Origin: the human T2T-CHM13v2.0 reference genome, Homo sapiens
Strand: one strand, 5' to 3'
NCBI RefSeq assembly: GCF_009914755.1
Contig: NC_060936.1
DNA length: 64,000 nucleotides
Below the pieces are notes generated by a model that had not been told where the DNA came from, did not search any database, and saw only the letters and a list, made by a program, of their open reading frames with translations. Shown in pieces: positions 1-14,696 of this stretch. The position numbers were made by a program, and so were the translations under genes. Every line of letters begins with the position of its first letter. Positions within the stretch are counted from its first letter, which is position 1.

Positions 1-279
1 AAGCATGTGTTATTTTTGGCATTCTGTCACAAGCCCTCTACAAATATAATATCAGTTAATGGTCAAAGAATGTGATACATAATTTTTAAGAAAACAAAAA
101 CTGTAGAGTTTTTTAACAAAGTAATTTGGTACTATAGGCATTTGCTGCCTGATCTAGAATTACATTAGCATGAGAAAACTATCACTATATCTCCTGAGTT
201 TTTACAATATAAAGATAAACTGAGATTATTTTCATTACAGTCACAACTTTTCAGCATACTACATTAGAAAGAAGAAATA

Positions 280-322
280 AGGAGAGGAGAAAGAGACAGA
301 CAGACAGACACACACAGACAGA
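280..322 (+). repeat. (GA)/(CAGA)n compound microsatellite
   Basis: ggagaggagaaagagacagacagacagacacacacagacaga. Confidence 0.7.
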
Positions 323-1524
323 AGCTGAACAAATTATAAAATACAAATCTCTAAGTTGTATTTTGCAAAAAGGTAGAAAGATTTTTGATGATCTTAAAAT
401 CACAGCTTTTAATCAAAGATTAAGAATTCCAAATAGTAAGCATTTAGCTGATGGAAAAGCTTGAAGCGTAGGTTACTCCACAAAGAAGCTATTCTGACAC
501 TGATGAAATTGCATGTCAACCAGAAATGCCTACATTCCAGTAGTATCTCTTTAAATATATGCTCCTGAACATATATTAGAAAGTGGATGCCTAACTTTAA
601 TCATGTTCAACTGAGAATAGAATGAATTTATCTTCCTTTGTCTGAAAATCATATGGGTGTTGAAAATTGCCAAGCTTCAATATCCAGTCAACATTAAGCA
701 AAATGAACCAAGGATAGCAATAGCTAGAACCATTACCAAATGCTACCCATAAATTAAAGAAATGTTGTCTCCTTAGCATGTGATTTACTTGGAAAGCTTT
801 TAGTGCTAATTTCTAATGGATGCCAAAAGTTATTTTATTGAGACGAAGCATTTTAGTGTTGAGTTCAGTTCCAGTACCAATGCTGTTTCCAATAAGCTTT
901 CAGATGAACACTTCAACATAATTCCTGTTTTGCTACATATTCTGGGGACTCAATTAGAAAGAATGACAACATTCCTGCATTCTCTGGATTTCACTATAAA
1001 GGAATTTGAGAGTCCAGCTTGGGTAAATCAACCAACCCAAAAAGCACTGGAAGCAGGGCTCTTTAAGACTAAACTCTTTCCCCTGATGATAATCGTCAAA
1101 GGAAGTTATCTCATAACTAAGAAAGCTAGCAATACCAATATAATACAGGTTTTATAAATTTCCTAATGGCTTTCTTCATTTTTGTTTCTCCTATGATACA
1201 ATAAGGTCATCTGGGCATGATCCTAGTTAAATATTTCCTTCCCTACTTAAGAACATTTTCCTGGGCATCAGTAATCACCCAAACCCCTCCCCAGCGCCTT
1301 CACATACACTAAACATGTCTCTGCTTCAAGGTACTAAGTGCTAACAAAGTCTATAGGCAGCTCATTTTATTTAAAATAATAAAATTATAAATAATATAAA
1401 AATTTTGTACACTGGATAAAGACTGGAAAAGCCTATAGAAAGATCTGAATTATTGAATGAAAATGATAAGATATATTATGAAAGGTGTTCTGAAAAATTA
1501 TATATATGTACATACACACATACA

Positions 1525-1811
1525 TTTTTCAAGACAAGGTCTTGCTCTGTTGCCCAGACTGGAGTGCAGTGGCAGGATCATAGCTGCTGTAGCCTTGAAC
1601 TCCTAGGCTCAAGCAATCCTCTGGCCTCAGCCTCCCTCTCAAGTAGCTAGAAATACAGGCAAGGGTGCCTACCTAATTTTTAAAAATTTTTTTTGTAGAT
1701 ACGGGTCTTGCTACATTGTTCAGGCTGGTCTTGAACTCTTGGCCTCAAGTGATCCTCCCACCTCAGCCTCCCAAAGTGTTGAGATTACAGGTGTGAGCCA
1801 CTCTACCTGGC
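1525..1811 (-). mobile_element. AluJ-type SINE
   Basis: Reverse-oriented Alu dimer (cttgctctgttgcccag...ctcccaaagtgttgagattacaggtgtgagcca), highly diverged. Confidence 0.9.
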
Positions 1812-1959
1812 GGAATACATGATTTTTAAAATAATCAGGTTATACCGACATCCAAAGAGTGACAGCTTTTCTGAGAATAAATGGACATACATATTTGCCT
1901 ATGGCACAGTAATGGAGGAAGAGACCACTATTATAAAAGAAAGAAAAAAATAGATGAAA

Positions 1960-4890
1960 TTGTAACAAATTTTCATATGCTGATTGTGGACTAGTCTGTC
2001 AGTTGGTAATCTCTGGGAGACCCAGAATTAAAGCGCCTGTTCATTCATCAAGTTTTTTCCAGAAGTCTCTATCACATGCTCACAAGATGGGGCAGAGATG
2101 GTGCCTGGAATAGCCCTCTCTCAATGGGACATGGACACTAAACCCCATCTTACATGAAGTAAAATCAGGAAGACAGTGGGTATAGAGTAGGAAACTCTCC
2201 TGCCCCTGGTCTCTAACAAAGGTACACTGGGGTGGAGGGAGGGCTAGCAGCAAAAGCCACCTGCAGCTGAGTGAGGGATGGGAAAGCTGCTTGAACCCAG
2301 CGTCCCAAGCCAATATTAATAAAAAGAGAGGCCTGCCACCACTGGGAGAGTGGTCGGACACTTGCCCTCACTCAAGAGCTCCTTCCAAGACCCCTCATTC
2401 ATAGAGAGCAGACTACGGCTGTAGAGGATGAGGAGGGTGTGTAGTGAGGTCAGAAGTCTGAAGCACTAAGAAAGTACATCTCCTAAAAGCATGCGAGCAA
2501 GGCCTTCCTAAGACTGAGGCTAAATAGAGAGAACCAAGAGAACCTTGAATCTCCACCAAATAACATGCAACAGCAATCCACTGCTTGGGATGGAACAAGA
2601 CCGTGGGAAAAAAAAAAAAAAAAAACATGCAGCTCAGGCATGCAGGGCCTGCAGAAAGCTGAGAGCAGAACAGAAACACTGAAAAGAGCCCTGCAGTCAT
2701 ACAGGCCTCACTCTAAGCACAAAGAAGCAGCAGCAGCCACCGCTGAGGAATTTGAAGACTGGTGCACTGAGAGTAACTACAGCAGCATCAACAACAAACC
2801 CAGCTCAACCACTGATAACAACTGAGGGCCTGCCAGAAGAAGCAGTGTGCTCTTTTCAGCTGTCATTAACCCAGAAATGACTGAGATGTTGAAACTATCA
2901 GTCAGCAACTTTAAAAGAACTATAACTTATGTGTTAAATGGTTTAGTGTAAAAGGTGGACAACATGTATTAATAAATGGGAAATTTCATCAGAGATGAAA
3001 TCGCTAAAAAAGATTCAAATAGAAAATCCAGTGTATACATAATGGAGAATTCTTTCCAGGCTTATCAGCAGACTGGACACAATAGAGAAAAGAATCAGTG
3101 AACTTGAAGATAGGCTGATAGAAATTATCCAAACTCAACCACAAAGAAAAATAGTAAGGAAAAAAGAACAGATTATCCCAAAGATGTGGGGCCATCAAAT
3201 GGTCTTGCATACATATACTTGGAGTACCAGACAAAATATAGAAAGGGGAGGACAGGACAGAAAGAGTATCTGAAGAGGTAAGCTTCAAAATTAATGAAAG
3301 AAAACAAACCATAGATCCAAGAAGTTCAGAGAATCTAAGCAGTATAAATACCAAGCCAAGCACATCACAGTCAAACTGCTAAAACCATACATAAAGGGAA
3401 AATCTTGAAGGTAACCAGAGAAAAAAAGAAACATTTCCAGCAGAGGCACAAAGAAAGGAATTAGCACAATTTTTTTTTATCAGAAATCATGTAAGCAATA
3501 GACAATGGAATAACATCATGAAAGAATTGAAGGGAAAAAAATCTGTCAAGCCAGAATTCTGTTTCTAGTGAAAATACCTTTCTAAAATGAGGGTGAAATG
3601 AATTTTTTTTTTCAGACAAACAAAATCTGAGAGTAATTATTTGCCAGTAGTCCAGCATGACAAGCAATGCTAAAGGAGGTTCTTTAGGCAGAATGCATGT
3701 GGTATAAGATAGAAATTTCTATTTACACAAAGAAAGAAAGGGTAGAGGAAAATAAAAAATGTGGGTAAATATAAAAGACATTTTTCCTAATTTTAATATC
3801 TTTAAAAGATGATTGTCTGAAGTCAAAATAGGCACAGTATCTTTTGTAAAATATATGGGAACAGTAGGACAAAGGACAAGACAGAGGAAATGGAAATAAA
3901 TGATAGTAAGATGCTTACACAATACGGGGAAGGCCATATTATTGAATCTGGACTGTGGTAAAATAAAGATGTGTAATGCAATAGTTAAAAAGGAGACTAA
4001 CTAACAAACTGATATAGTTTGGATATTTGTCCCCTCCAAAGCACATGTCAAAATGTGATCCCCAGTGTTGGAGCTGGGGCCTGGTGGGAGATGTCTGGGT
4101 CATGGAGCGAATCCCTCTTGAAAGGCTTGGTGCCATCCCCATAGTAATGAGTGAGTTATTGCTCTATTAGTTCATGCAAGAGCTGGTTGTTTAAAAGATC
4201 CTGGCATCCCTCTTGCTTCCTCTCTCATCATGGGACATATCTGCTCCCCTTTCACCTTATTCCATGAGTAAAAGCTTCCTGAGGCCTCACCAGAAGCCAA
4301 GCAGATGCTGGTGCCATGCTTGTACAGCTTGCAGAACTGTAAACCCAATAAATCTCTTTTCTTTGTAAATTATCCAGCCTCCAGTATTTCTTCAAAGCAA
4401 CACAAAGCAGACAAATACATAAGCCAATAGGAGAGGTGAAATAGAATCATAAAGAATTCAAAAGAAGACAATAAAAGGGAAACAAATGAACAGAGAACAA
4501 ATAGGGCAAATAGAAGACAACTAGTAGGATGGTAAAATTAAATATAAACATATCAACAAAGAAATTAATAGTATAAGCACCTCAATTAAAAGGCAAAGAT
4601 TGTCAGATTGGATGAGAAAAAGCAAGACCCAATTACGTGCCGTCTAAAGAAAACCCACTTTAATATAAAGACATAGATAAATTAAAAGAATGGAAAATAT
4701 ATACCATGCAAATACTAATCAAAAGAAAGCTGGAGTGGCAATATTAATAGCAGAATATTCCTTAATGTTCTGAATAAGGAACACTACTGTTGATAAAGAG
4801 AGGCATTTCATGACACAGGAGTTAATTCATCCAGAAGAAACGATAATTCTAAATGTATACACATCTTATTACAGAGTTCAAATACACAAA
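1960..4890 (+). mobile_element. Old L1M (L1MC/MD-class) 5'UTR, ORF1 and start of ORF2, interrupted by MSTB
   Basis: A-rich plus strand with ORF1 hallmarks (gaaaagaatcagtgaacttgaagatagg, cacatcacagtcaaactgct, aatacctttctaaaatgagggtgaaat) and endonuclease-region motif aaaaggcaaagattgtcagattggat. The 5' boundary is approximate. Confidence 0.8.
4010..4419 (+). mobile_element. MSTB-like MaLR solo LTR nested in L1
   Basis: tgatatagtttggatatttgtcccctccaaa...aataaatctcttttctttgtaaattatccagcct...cagacaaataca. Confidence 0.85.
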
Positions 4891-5682
4891 CAATAGGTGA
4901 TACAACAATAGTTTTGTTGATTGGTTTGGTTTGTGCCACTACTCAAATGCTGTGACAAAGTGACTGCACCCTTGGTACCCATCACCACCACCACCTTTCT
5001 GCTTCCCCAAGTTAAGTGATAATGGTCTTGACGTAGCCATCAGAAGCTCTACAACTAAAGACAAATATTTTTACCTCCCAAGAAAAGAAAAATTTTCATA
5101 CAAACATGTGTCCCTGGATGTCTTTAAACAAGGAAATTTTGAATCAAACTGAATGAGAGGAAATGCCAAGAAACACAGATAGAACTGTGGGGGGAAGAGA
5201 TAAAACTTCCAAAATTAGAAATTTGATCTACCTTTATGACATTGAGTTCTAAGAACATTTACTTATTAAGTAGGCTTAAATTTGTATCAAGATACTTTAA
5301 AATGAAGGGATTAATATGTTAAGCAAACATGAATCCACAGACATCACTTATCTGGTGGCTATCTTGTCTGTGGAGACTTATTGTTTAACTTCACGCCTAT
5401 GCATTCCATTATTTCATTCTCACAGGCAGGAGCTGAATGAAGTCAGAAACTTCTCATAGGAATTCAGTCAACAAGGAAAAGTGCTTAAAATAAGGGAAGG
5501 AGAAATAATGGTTAACAACAATTTCCTTCAGAAGAAAGTGTCATTATTTATTAATAATATATTATTTAGTCACAGATTTTTTTGTTACAAATTGCACCAT
5601 CCTAGCTCATTGAACTTTTCTTGTAACTAATATGATGCCATTAATAATAGTCTGAAATATTGTTGGTTTCAGGTTAAACACT

Positions 5683-6069
5683 TGTATTAATTCATTCTCA
5701 CAGGCTATAAAAAAAAAACACTGAGACTGGGTAATTTATAAAGAAAAGAGATTGAACTGGCTCACAAATCTGCAGGCTGTCCAGGGCGGCTTCTGCTTCT
5801 GGGGAGGCTTCAGGAAGCTTCCAATCATGGCAGAAGGGGAAAGGAAAGCAGGCATGTCTTACATGGCCAGAGTAGGAGCAAGAGAGAGAGTGGGGAGGTG
5901 CTGTGCACTTGTAAACAACCAGATCTCGTGAGAACTCTATCATGAGAACAGCAACAGAAAGGGAAATCTACCCCATGATCTAATCACCTCCCACTAGGCC
6001 TCACCTCCAACACTGGGGATTACAATTCGACATGAGATTTGAGCAGGGAAACAGATCCAAACCATATCA
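5683..6069 (-). mobile_element. MSTA-like MaLR solo LTR
   Basis: tgtattaattcattctcac...ctgagactgggtaatttataaagaaaagag...gatccaaaccatatca. Confidence 0.88.
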
Positions 6070-7254
6070 ACACTCTCATATGGAATAAAACCTTAACATT
6101 CCACTTTAGGAGGTTAAGCCATATGAGGATCGTTTATACAGTGTTTTCTTCTTTGAAGAGGAAGAATAAAGCATAAGGTATATGAAAATGAAATACTAAA
6201 TTGCCACTTGTGTGTAGTTACTCATTCCAACAGTGTTATCCAAAATATTTGTATGCCTCCTCATCTCCCTTAATTTTATATACCTTACAATTTCACTTTA
6301 GTGCCAAACATGAGATTGTTCTCTAAACCCAGCCCTGTCTCAGTAACTTGATTTGCATGGTTTTGTATAAGGTAATTAAAATAAATAAAGACTTCTGAGA
6401 TTCACTGAGTGAAAATCTAACCAATGTTTCACACACAAAAGGCCAAGAATAAGCCCATTTTAAGTAAAAACGTCATGATCATCAATCAGCTAACTTCCAA
6501 GAGAGCAGTATTTTGTTGCATTGCTCTATCTACCCAGCTGCTAGAGTGAAGCCTGACACAAAACAGACACTCCACAAATATTGTTAAATGAGAGAATGTG
6601 AGAGGCCCTGCAACACAGAAAAATAAATATCCATGAACTCACTGAACCAGGAACCATCTGAATGCATCCTGTGATGACGGTCATAGAAGTATGAAACACA
6701 CATATAAAAATCAAGAAGAAAGAAAATAAAGATAGGGCTTCATATAGAAATCCCTGAGCCTAGAATGTTAAAGGAAAACATTGTGTGGATTAATTTGGCA
6801 TATCAGTAGGATGGGCAAAGATTATTTAAATACAAGACATTTCTCAGGGAAAAAGTAATAATAATAAATTAAACTTCTTTCAGAGCTCTGTACACCCATA
6901 GTCCAGGGTTTCTAGTATAGTCAATTCTACTTTTAAGTCAATCACTACAAAGAAAATAAAATTAGTAAACTAAATAAATGAAATAAGTAGAAAAGAATTT
7001 TCCTCATGTTTATCGATATCTGTAACCCATATTTTATTTACCTAATAATGTATTTAGTCAGATTTGTGTCCACTTCAGAGTAATGAGCTCAATATAATTT
7101 CACCCTAGCGTTTTGCTCAGAAACAGGTCTCACAAATCAACTTAACAGCAACAAAAATAGCAGAAAAAAACCCTTGCATCACTTCATCACGTCATTCCCA
7201 AACTGTGTATCTCAGAATCTTGGATCCACCATTTCTCACAATGCATTCATGCTT

Positions 7255-7650
7255 TGCTATAGACTGAATTGAGATCCCCCAGATTCGTATGTTGAAGACC
7301 TAACTTTTCCAATGTGATGGTGTTTGTAGATGGGGCTTTTGGAAGGGAATTAGGTTTAGATGAGGTCATGAAGGTGGAGCCCTCACGATGCGATTAGTGC
7401 TCCTAAAAAAAAAGAGACAGCAGAAGCTTGCCTTTGTCTCTCTCTCTCTCCCTCTCTCTTTCTCTCTCTCATGAGAGCACACGGAGAAGGAAGCCATCTG
7501 TAAGCCAGGAAAGAGCCCTCATAGAGGAACCAAATGGACCAACACCTTGCTCTTAGACTTCCAGATGCCAGAATTGTGAGAAACAAGTTCCTGCTGCTTT
7601 AGGCTCCCGGTTTATGATATTTTGCTATGGCAGCCCAAGCTGACTAAGCC
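7255..7650 (+). mobile_element. MLT1A-like MaLR LTR
   Basis: tgctatagactgaat...ggtttagatgaggtcatgaaggtggagccctc...gcagcccaagctgactaag. Confidence 0.85.
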
Positions 7651-7739
7651 ATGCTTTCAGGAACATAATAGGAATAATAGCAAAGCAGAGATAACCATGC
7701 TACAGTCCCGCTGTTGAATGGTTAGCACTGTATTAAGGG

Positions 7740-7925
7740 TTTGAATAAGCACTGTCACATTTAGTCGTTGCAACCTCTCCCGGAAAAAGTATCATTGTCA
7801 TTCTCGTCTTACACATGAAGAAATTGAGGCTCCAAGAAGTTTAAAAAAATGCCCAAGAAATATTAGAGTCATGATTTAAACCAGGGCCTGCTGACTGTAG
7901 AGTCAGAGATCTTAATTCCTAAACT
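7740..7925 (-). mobile_element. MIR
   Basis: Core motif ttacacatgaagaaattgaggctccaagaagtt. Confidence 0.7.
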
Positions 7926-8267
7926 ATATCACTCTTCAGACTTTTTACTAAGCTCAATTAATCCACCTCCTGATACCAAAAAAAAATAAAGATTTCAAAG
8001 TTTTCATGAATACTTTGACATTTACATGCAAAATTATGAATGATTCTTTTCAAAAGAAGGAAGGTGCCCTCCTTACCGACAAACGTGACAACCTTGAGAA
8101 CTTCTGTCCCAGTTTCAACAGTGCTACCTGTTGTAATCTAATTATCCCACTCTCTGAAATTGCTAATGTTTGGGGAAAAAACATGAAAATGACCTCCGAA
8201 GTCCACCACCTGACTCCTCACCTAAAGTAAGTCCTAGCCAGGACTCTGAATTCCAACCTGCCTAATG

Positions 8268-8490
8268 TATGGCCTAATGATTAAAGTACATGTTCCAGAC
8301 ACACACACACAAAAATGCTACCACTTACTCGCTTCGGAACCTCAGTTAGTGGTTGAACCCCTTGGATCCTCAGTTACCTCGTATGTAAAATAAGATCTAT
8401 GCTATCTGTCCCAAAGGGTCGTTGTGCTGGTTACATAAGACAAGATACTTAAGTGCCTCCAAAACCCCCGGCACTTAAGAAGCTGTACCA
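8268..8490 (+). mobile_element. MIR
   Basis: cctcagttacctcgtatgtaaaataag...gggtcgttgtg. Confidence 0.65.
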
Positions 8491-8599
8491 CATGTTTGTT
8501 CAAGAAATATTAATCATATTGGCCACATATCCCTGTTGCATGTTCTTATCCTGCATGCTTTTTTATGGCAGTCATCATAATTGTAATCAAGTATTCATG

Positions 8600-8765
8600 C
8601 ACCCGTTTATGTGATTCTGTCTCTCCACTAGATTATTAGCTCTTCAACAACAGGAACCACACCTGTTCGATTCTCAGCTATATCCTTAATACTGGAAGAG
8701 TGTGTCATACACAAAATAAATATAAGCCAAATGGATGGCTGAGGGAAGAATGAGTGAATGAGTGT
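8600..8765 (+). mobile_element. L2 3' end
   Basis: ctgtctctccactagattattagctc...gaatgagtgaatga tail. Confidence 0.6.
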
Positions 8766-9129
8766 TCCCACTTATACAGAGATGCTCAATGTGAGGGCTG
8801 AAAGTTTCTTAAAGAGTGCAGAATTGGAAAATGAGCTTTGAGCCTTTTAAGCTACATATCAGCAAAATAATTCCTTCCACAGACTTGGAAGCTTGTTAGG
8901 ATGAAGCTTTGAAAAAAGAAGCCTAGCTCTATAGAGATGGGATGAAAAAGAGAAAAAGTGTAAGCAACATTGGCTGGAGAGTCACAAGACCATGAGAAAC
9001 AGTAATTCATTGATGAAATTAAAATAGCTGCACCAGGCAAGAGAGCATTCGTAGTCAGTTGTCACATCCATTGTTGTCAGTGAGCAAAGCAGAAGGGAGT
9101 TAGGAGGCAGCTTTGTTTGGTTACATTAA

Positions 9130-9228
9130 AAGACTTTATTTTTTAGAGCAGTTTTAGGTTCACAGCAAAATTGAAAGGAAGATACAGAAAGTTCTCATAT
9201 ACCCCCTTCCCCCTCAATACAGAGCCTA
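9130..9228 (-). mobile_element. L1MC-type 3' end fragment
   Basis: ttttttagagcagttttaggttcacagcaaaattgaaaggaagatacagaaagttctcatatacccc. Confidence 0.65.
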
Positions 9229-10923
9229 GAGGCAACTTCTGAGTTCCTGTGAGAAGGTGCCTTTGAGAAGAGGAAAGCTTGCTCTCTGATAAGTAAAACT
9301 GGCCTACCAATTTCTATATTGTGTTACAATTGTTTCATTGGTTAAGAGGGAAGAAATGAAAGAAAATCTAATATGTGCCCAAGGGAGGTGCTTGAGCTCA
9401 TGGCATTTGGGTACTGGGGCATTTGGCATAAGATCCATGATTGAGATGAACTTGGGTTATAGTGATAACTGCACTCTGCCTTTTACATGTGACTCCTTTG
9501 TGAGGGATTTACAAAGAGCCAACAGAGCAGCAGGCTCTATTAAATGATCTCCAATTATCAGCTTCACAGGAAGGAAGGTGATTAAAATTTAATGACATAT
9601 CCCAGCTTGTTGCCATTCAATAGAGCTGCTGTCATCTTCCTGTCAAGGAGAATAAAGAAGTGGGAAATGTTTGAAAGAAAAAAAGAGGAATATTTAAAGG
9701 TAAAATTCTTTATCTGACAAGGTAGAAGAATAAATTAGCCATGTAAAGAAAATTATCAAAAGTGCATTTGCCTTATAATTACTAACTTAGAGTCTGCATG
9801 TCAAATGGTTACTATTTATGGATTTAATAGGGAAAAGAATTCTCAGTATGTGCTTTGACTTCTAATATGCTTAGTCATGACATTCTTATTAATACTCCTC
9901 ACATTAAAATCCCTATGCTTTGTACATTTCTTAGTTAAATGGGCTACTAAACTTGTGATTTAGTTTGAATATAGTGTATGACAATAAAGTAACAATTTGC
10001 CTATGGGGTTCAAACTGACATTCTGTGGAATTGCAATAGGCAAGTTCCAAAACCGTTTGGGGCAGCTTCTTTTCCAGCAGCATCACTGGAAGAAGTAAAC
10101 ACACTCCAAGGTAAGCAGCACCCGCGATGTAGATCACTCATTTGGGTACATTTGTTGCAACTGAAGTACCCGACCAGGGGGTTCCACCCTAGGAAGGCAA
10201 AGGGGGCTCTAAGAAAGCCCTAAAGAGAACTCATGTCAGACTCTGGAGAGGGCAAGGATATGGGCACAAGGCATAAATAGTTAGAAGCAAAAAATGTGTG
10301 TGTAGCAACTTTTCACTGGTCAATCTTAAGCTATAAATTACATCAATGTGACTGCGACATGTGACAAACACAATAGCTTTATCTCTGTGACTAATTATCT
10401 GAAACCAATTTGCAGTGAAGCAAATCATGCAGGCTACAGGATGAATCTTTGAAAGCCTTGATTACACCTAATCTTCATACCAAGTTATCACAGAAACAGA
10501 TCTCAGGGCAGCACCTACCTATTGAGAGCCAACACCAGCCAATCTGGATAATCCTGGGGCGAGCATCCTCACCGGCCCCATGTGGTCCTAGATCACTGCT
10601 CCAGTCAATGGGGTGCCTCTGTTTTTTCTCTTTCCCATCCCCAATTTCTCTCTTCCTCTCTTTTTGTATCTCATACCAGCCAATTGTTAGAAACACCTGC
10701 AGGCATGGCCTAGGTTAGCTAACCACACTTAGGAGCTTGCAGTTTAGGAAGAGCAGTTGTGCCCTCGAAAGTTCAGAAAGATGACCACAGAGCTATGGGG
10801 TACACGCCCTGCGAATAAGTCACTGTGGTGGTCACTGGTGCGCACCCAGAACTTCTTTCAATAGGACCTGCTGTCCCAGCTGTTGGGAGTACTGATGGCT
10901 TCTTTTGAGATTGCTTCAGTGGA

Positions 10924-11080
10924 GCCAGGCTCAGTGGCACATGGCTGTAGTCCTAGCTACTAGGGAGGCTGAGGTGGGAGGATTGTATGAGGCCGGGAAT
11001 TTGAGGTTACAGTGAGCTACGTTTTTGCCACTGCACTCCAGCCTGGACAACAGAGCGAGGCCCTGTCTCTGAAGAAAAAA
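10924..11080 (+). mobile_element. Alu monomer (FRAM/FAM-like) with TSD
   Basis: Single right-arm-type monomer flanked by gagattgcttcagtgg (10907-10922) and gagattgattcaatgg (11081-11096). Confidence 0.8.
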
Positions 11081-13594
11081 GAGATTGATTCAATGGCAGA
11101 GCACTGCCTCATCCAAAGTCACATCCCAAGGTTATGTCTCTTTCCAGAGCGGCTAACAATCAATGACTGAGTAATGAGGGCAGGCAGAGGTGTTGTTGAT
11201 CTCAAGAGCACTCTACCATAAGCATCATACAGGTGAAACATGCAGATTCTGCTCTCAGGGACCCAATTTACAACACCTGGTACCATAAATGATCCCAGGA
11301 AAAACTGTCCTAAGATGGGGTTTTGGAGCTGGATCATGGATCCATGCCCAGCTAGCAAAAAGGACTTCTCTCTGGTGCTAGGTAATGCACAGATAACCCC
11401 TGACATAGGGCAGCAATTCAATTCTTAAAACTTTCAGCAGTGGTCAATTGGGATGGTATACTAGTAGAAAGAAGTATATTAGCTAGTGTCCGAGATATAT
11501 GGGACAAAGAGTGGCTACAAGGATAATAGAATTAGTTGGCCATTGCTATGCTAGATATTACAGAGGAGGCAGCAGTGGGAGTGTGTGTGGGGTGGTTGAG
11601 TAGCTGAGTGATTAATTACTGATTAAAAGTTATGCGTGAAGCCAAAGAGCTTCCTTGACAGATTACAAAGAGGTTTCACCCTTGCAGATGAGGCAGAGAA
11701 AGCTGAGAACCAGACCCAGGATGTAATTGCCAGAGCAGCTGAGTCCTAAATAAAGTTAAACTCCTATCCAAGCAAGAGCTACTATGCCAAGGTCAGATCC
11801 TTGCTTGGAAAAGGATGGGACTATGACACACTGGATGAAACATCTCAGTTGATGCCCACCAAAAATCTTAGATCCCCAGACCAGAGTCCCCAGAGCTCTC
11901 TGAAAGCTACAGAAGCAGCCCATTCTTACCTATCCAGAGCTAACACTTCTCCTATCCTTGCTTGAAGATGATACAAAGAGCTCTCCCCTCTAGCAGATAA
12001 TATATATCCCCTCAAAAAAGAGACTCTACCAGAGCTGCTGCAAGTTCCAGCCAGCTTGGACAAACAGCGGTATACATGAAATTGCATTCTGAGGGGGCTT
12101 GGTCAAGAAGGCCAGAACATAAGGTTGGATTTTTAAAAGATTAATTTGAGAGTATTCTCCTGGGAAATAATACCTAATCCGTTGGCAAAGACCCCAGTAG
12201 ATGGTGTGAACTTGCTACTAGCAAGGCTTCAAAAGGCATGGGAGAAGGCAAGACCCATGCTAAATGAGGTGAAAAAGTCAGAATTGGATGACAGATGGTG
12301 GAAAGTGGCTTAAAGGCTGAAAGAAGAGGCACACTGAAGTGGTTATACAAGGTAAGGCCTGAAAACCCACCAGATGATTATGTTTCTTAGGAAGGCCTGG
12401 AGGGTGTACAATTTGCTAGGGCCATAGGAGCAAACTAGTGAGAGGGTAGGTCAGGGCTAATGGGAGGAGAGACCATTACACTGCTAGGCTCATGGACTGC
12501 AATGCAGAAGATAGCATCTTGAAGCAGTAGAGGCTACTGAGCAACACTTAGGTGTCAAAATCCAGGTGAGAGTAATTATAATAATGAGTAGTAAGGCTGA
12601 AGTCAGGGGGACTTGAGGAGAGTTATTGTGATGGTTAACAGAAGACAGTCTCCTAGAGGCCAAATAGGCAACAAGAATATGATTCAGTTTGCAGCATCAA
12701 AATAAATCAAGCATGGATTATGAGGAGTTTGAGGGTGATGTCTCGTATAAAATGTCAGAATCTTTTGCAGAATTTCCAGACCTGAGCAAGTTTTTGTACA
12801 GCGAATCCACTGACTGAGGAAGAAGGTAGGTCTGCAGAAGGAAGGAGCTCTCCAATACCCTCTAACACCACAGTCAAGTGTACACAGAATTTATTGCCCT
12901 GATCCTTCCCTAAGGGGACCTATGGCCATTTATGCTAGGGAAAGATACAAATATTTTTAGGACCACTGGAAACGGTCTGAGTTGACATAGGTACCTGGAG
13001 TCCTGAAGAATCATCATGGCCTGTCTCTTAGAATGGGGGTAATGAGAGTCAGGTAATACGTGGAATCCTACCATGCTTTTGTTCATAGTGATTCCACTGG
13101 ATCCACAGGCCCACCTCGTGATCATTTCTCAAATCCCTGAATATATAGTTAGAATAAACATACTTGATAGGTAGGTACAACACCCATGTTAAATCCTTAG
13201 TCAATGAAGTGAACACTATCATAATGGGGACTAAGAAATGAAAGCTACCTCTCTCCACAGATGGAAGCTTTGCTATAGCCTCACTTATGGGGTACCCTTG
13301 AAAAACAGTGGCCAGAGAAAATCCTCCCAATGAGGAGCAGCACTTTGCATAGTGCACCTGGTTATCCACTTTGTATTGAAGAAAAGTGCCCAAGGTTGGA
13401 ATATATATGAAATTATGGGGAGTGAAAATGGCTTGGGTGACTGGTCAGGATCCTGGAAGGAAAACAAAATTGGAAAATCAAGGACGAGATGTCTTGGGTA
13501 GGGACATGTGAAAGGACATATGGAAGTGGGTATGAAGTGTGACCTAAATTTGCATGTTAGTGCCCACCCAAGAGCACTAAAAAACCAATCAGTA

Positions 13595-13895
<301 letters not shown>

Positions 13896-14396
13896 TTATC
13901 AGTGAGCCTCTATAATCAGCTGTCCCAGTGCTGATGTGGTGAGCATAGGAGAGAGCCTAGGCAGCAGGGATGGAGGCTGAGTTAATAGCATGGGTCCAAC
14001 AGCCCACCAAAGGGCAATCTAGCTCCTGCCACTGCAAAAGATCCACCTGCCTGGACAGAGACCAACAATGAGTCTTTAATACAGCACATGACTTCAAGGA
14101 AACTAAGCTGACAAATAATTTGTAGTGCCAAGCTGACTATAACAGATTCCTTCTACTCTGAAAAGGCAAGAAATTCATTCTGAGTGAAATAGACAAGTAT
14201 TTTATGCTTTCCTGCCCATAGGACATATGGGCTGTCTGATTTACTGTCACAGGATCCCACATAGCATTGCATCAGACTAGGGCACACACTTTGAATAAAG
14301 GAGGTATGAAAGTGGACCCATGACAATGGGATTCACTGATCATATCACAAAACACAGCAACCAGAAGCTTCCAACCGAACATAGCATCGGAATGGC

Positions 14397-14696
14397 TTTT
14401 TTTTTTTTTCAGAGTCTCGTTCTGTCACTCAGGCTGTCAGGCTGGAGTGCAGCGGCGCGATCTCGGCTCACTGCAACACCCCCCCGACCCTGGGTTCAAG
14501 CAATTCTCTGCCTCAGCCTCCCAAGTACCTGGGATTATAGGTGCCCACCACCACACCTGGGTAATTTTTTGTATTTTTAGTAGAAATGGGGTTTCACCAT
14601 CTTGATCAGGCTGGTCTTGAACTCCTTACCTTGTGATCCACCTGCCTCAGCCTCCCTAAGTGTTAGGATTACGGGGGTGAGCCACCACGCCCAGCC
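14397..14696 (-). mobile_element. AluS
   Basis: Reverse Alu dimer; flanks ggaatggctttt and agaatagcctttt. Confidence 0.9.

Noticed and set aside
816-1157. 113-aa plus-strand ORF
   Set aside because: No recognisable domain, no exon context, AT-rich unique DNA.
9931-10137. LGVCL resembling TMTC1 exon 4 (FGVCL)
   Set aside because: Flanking residues do not align; chance match.
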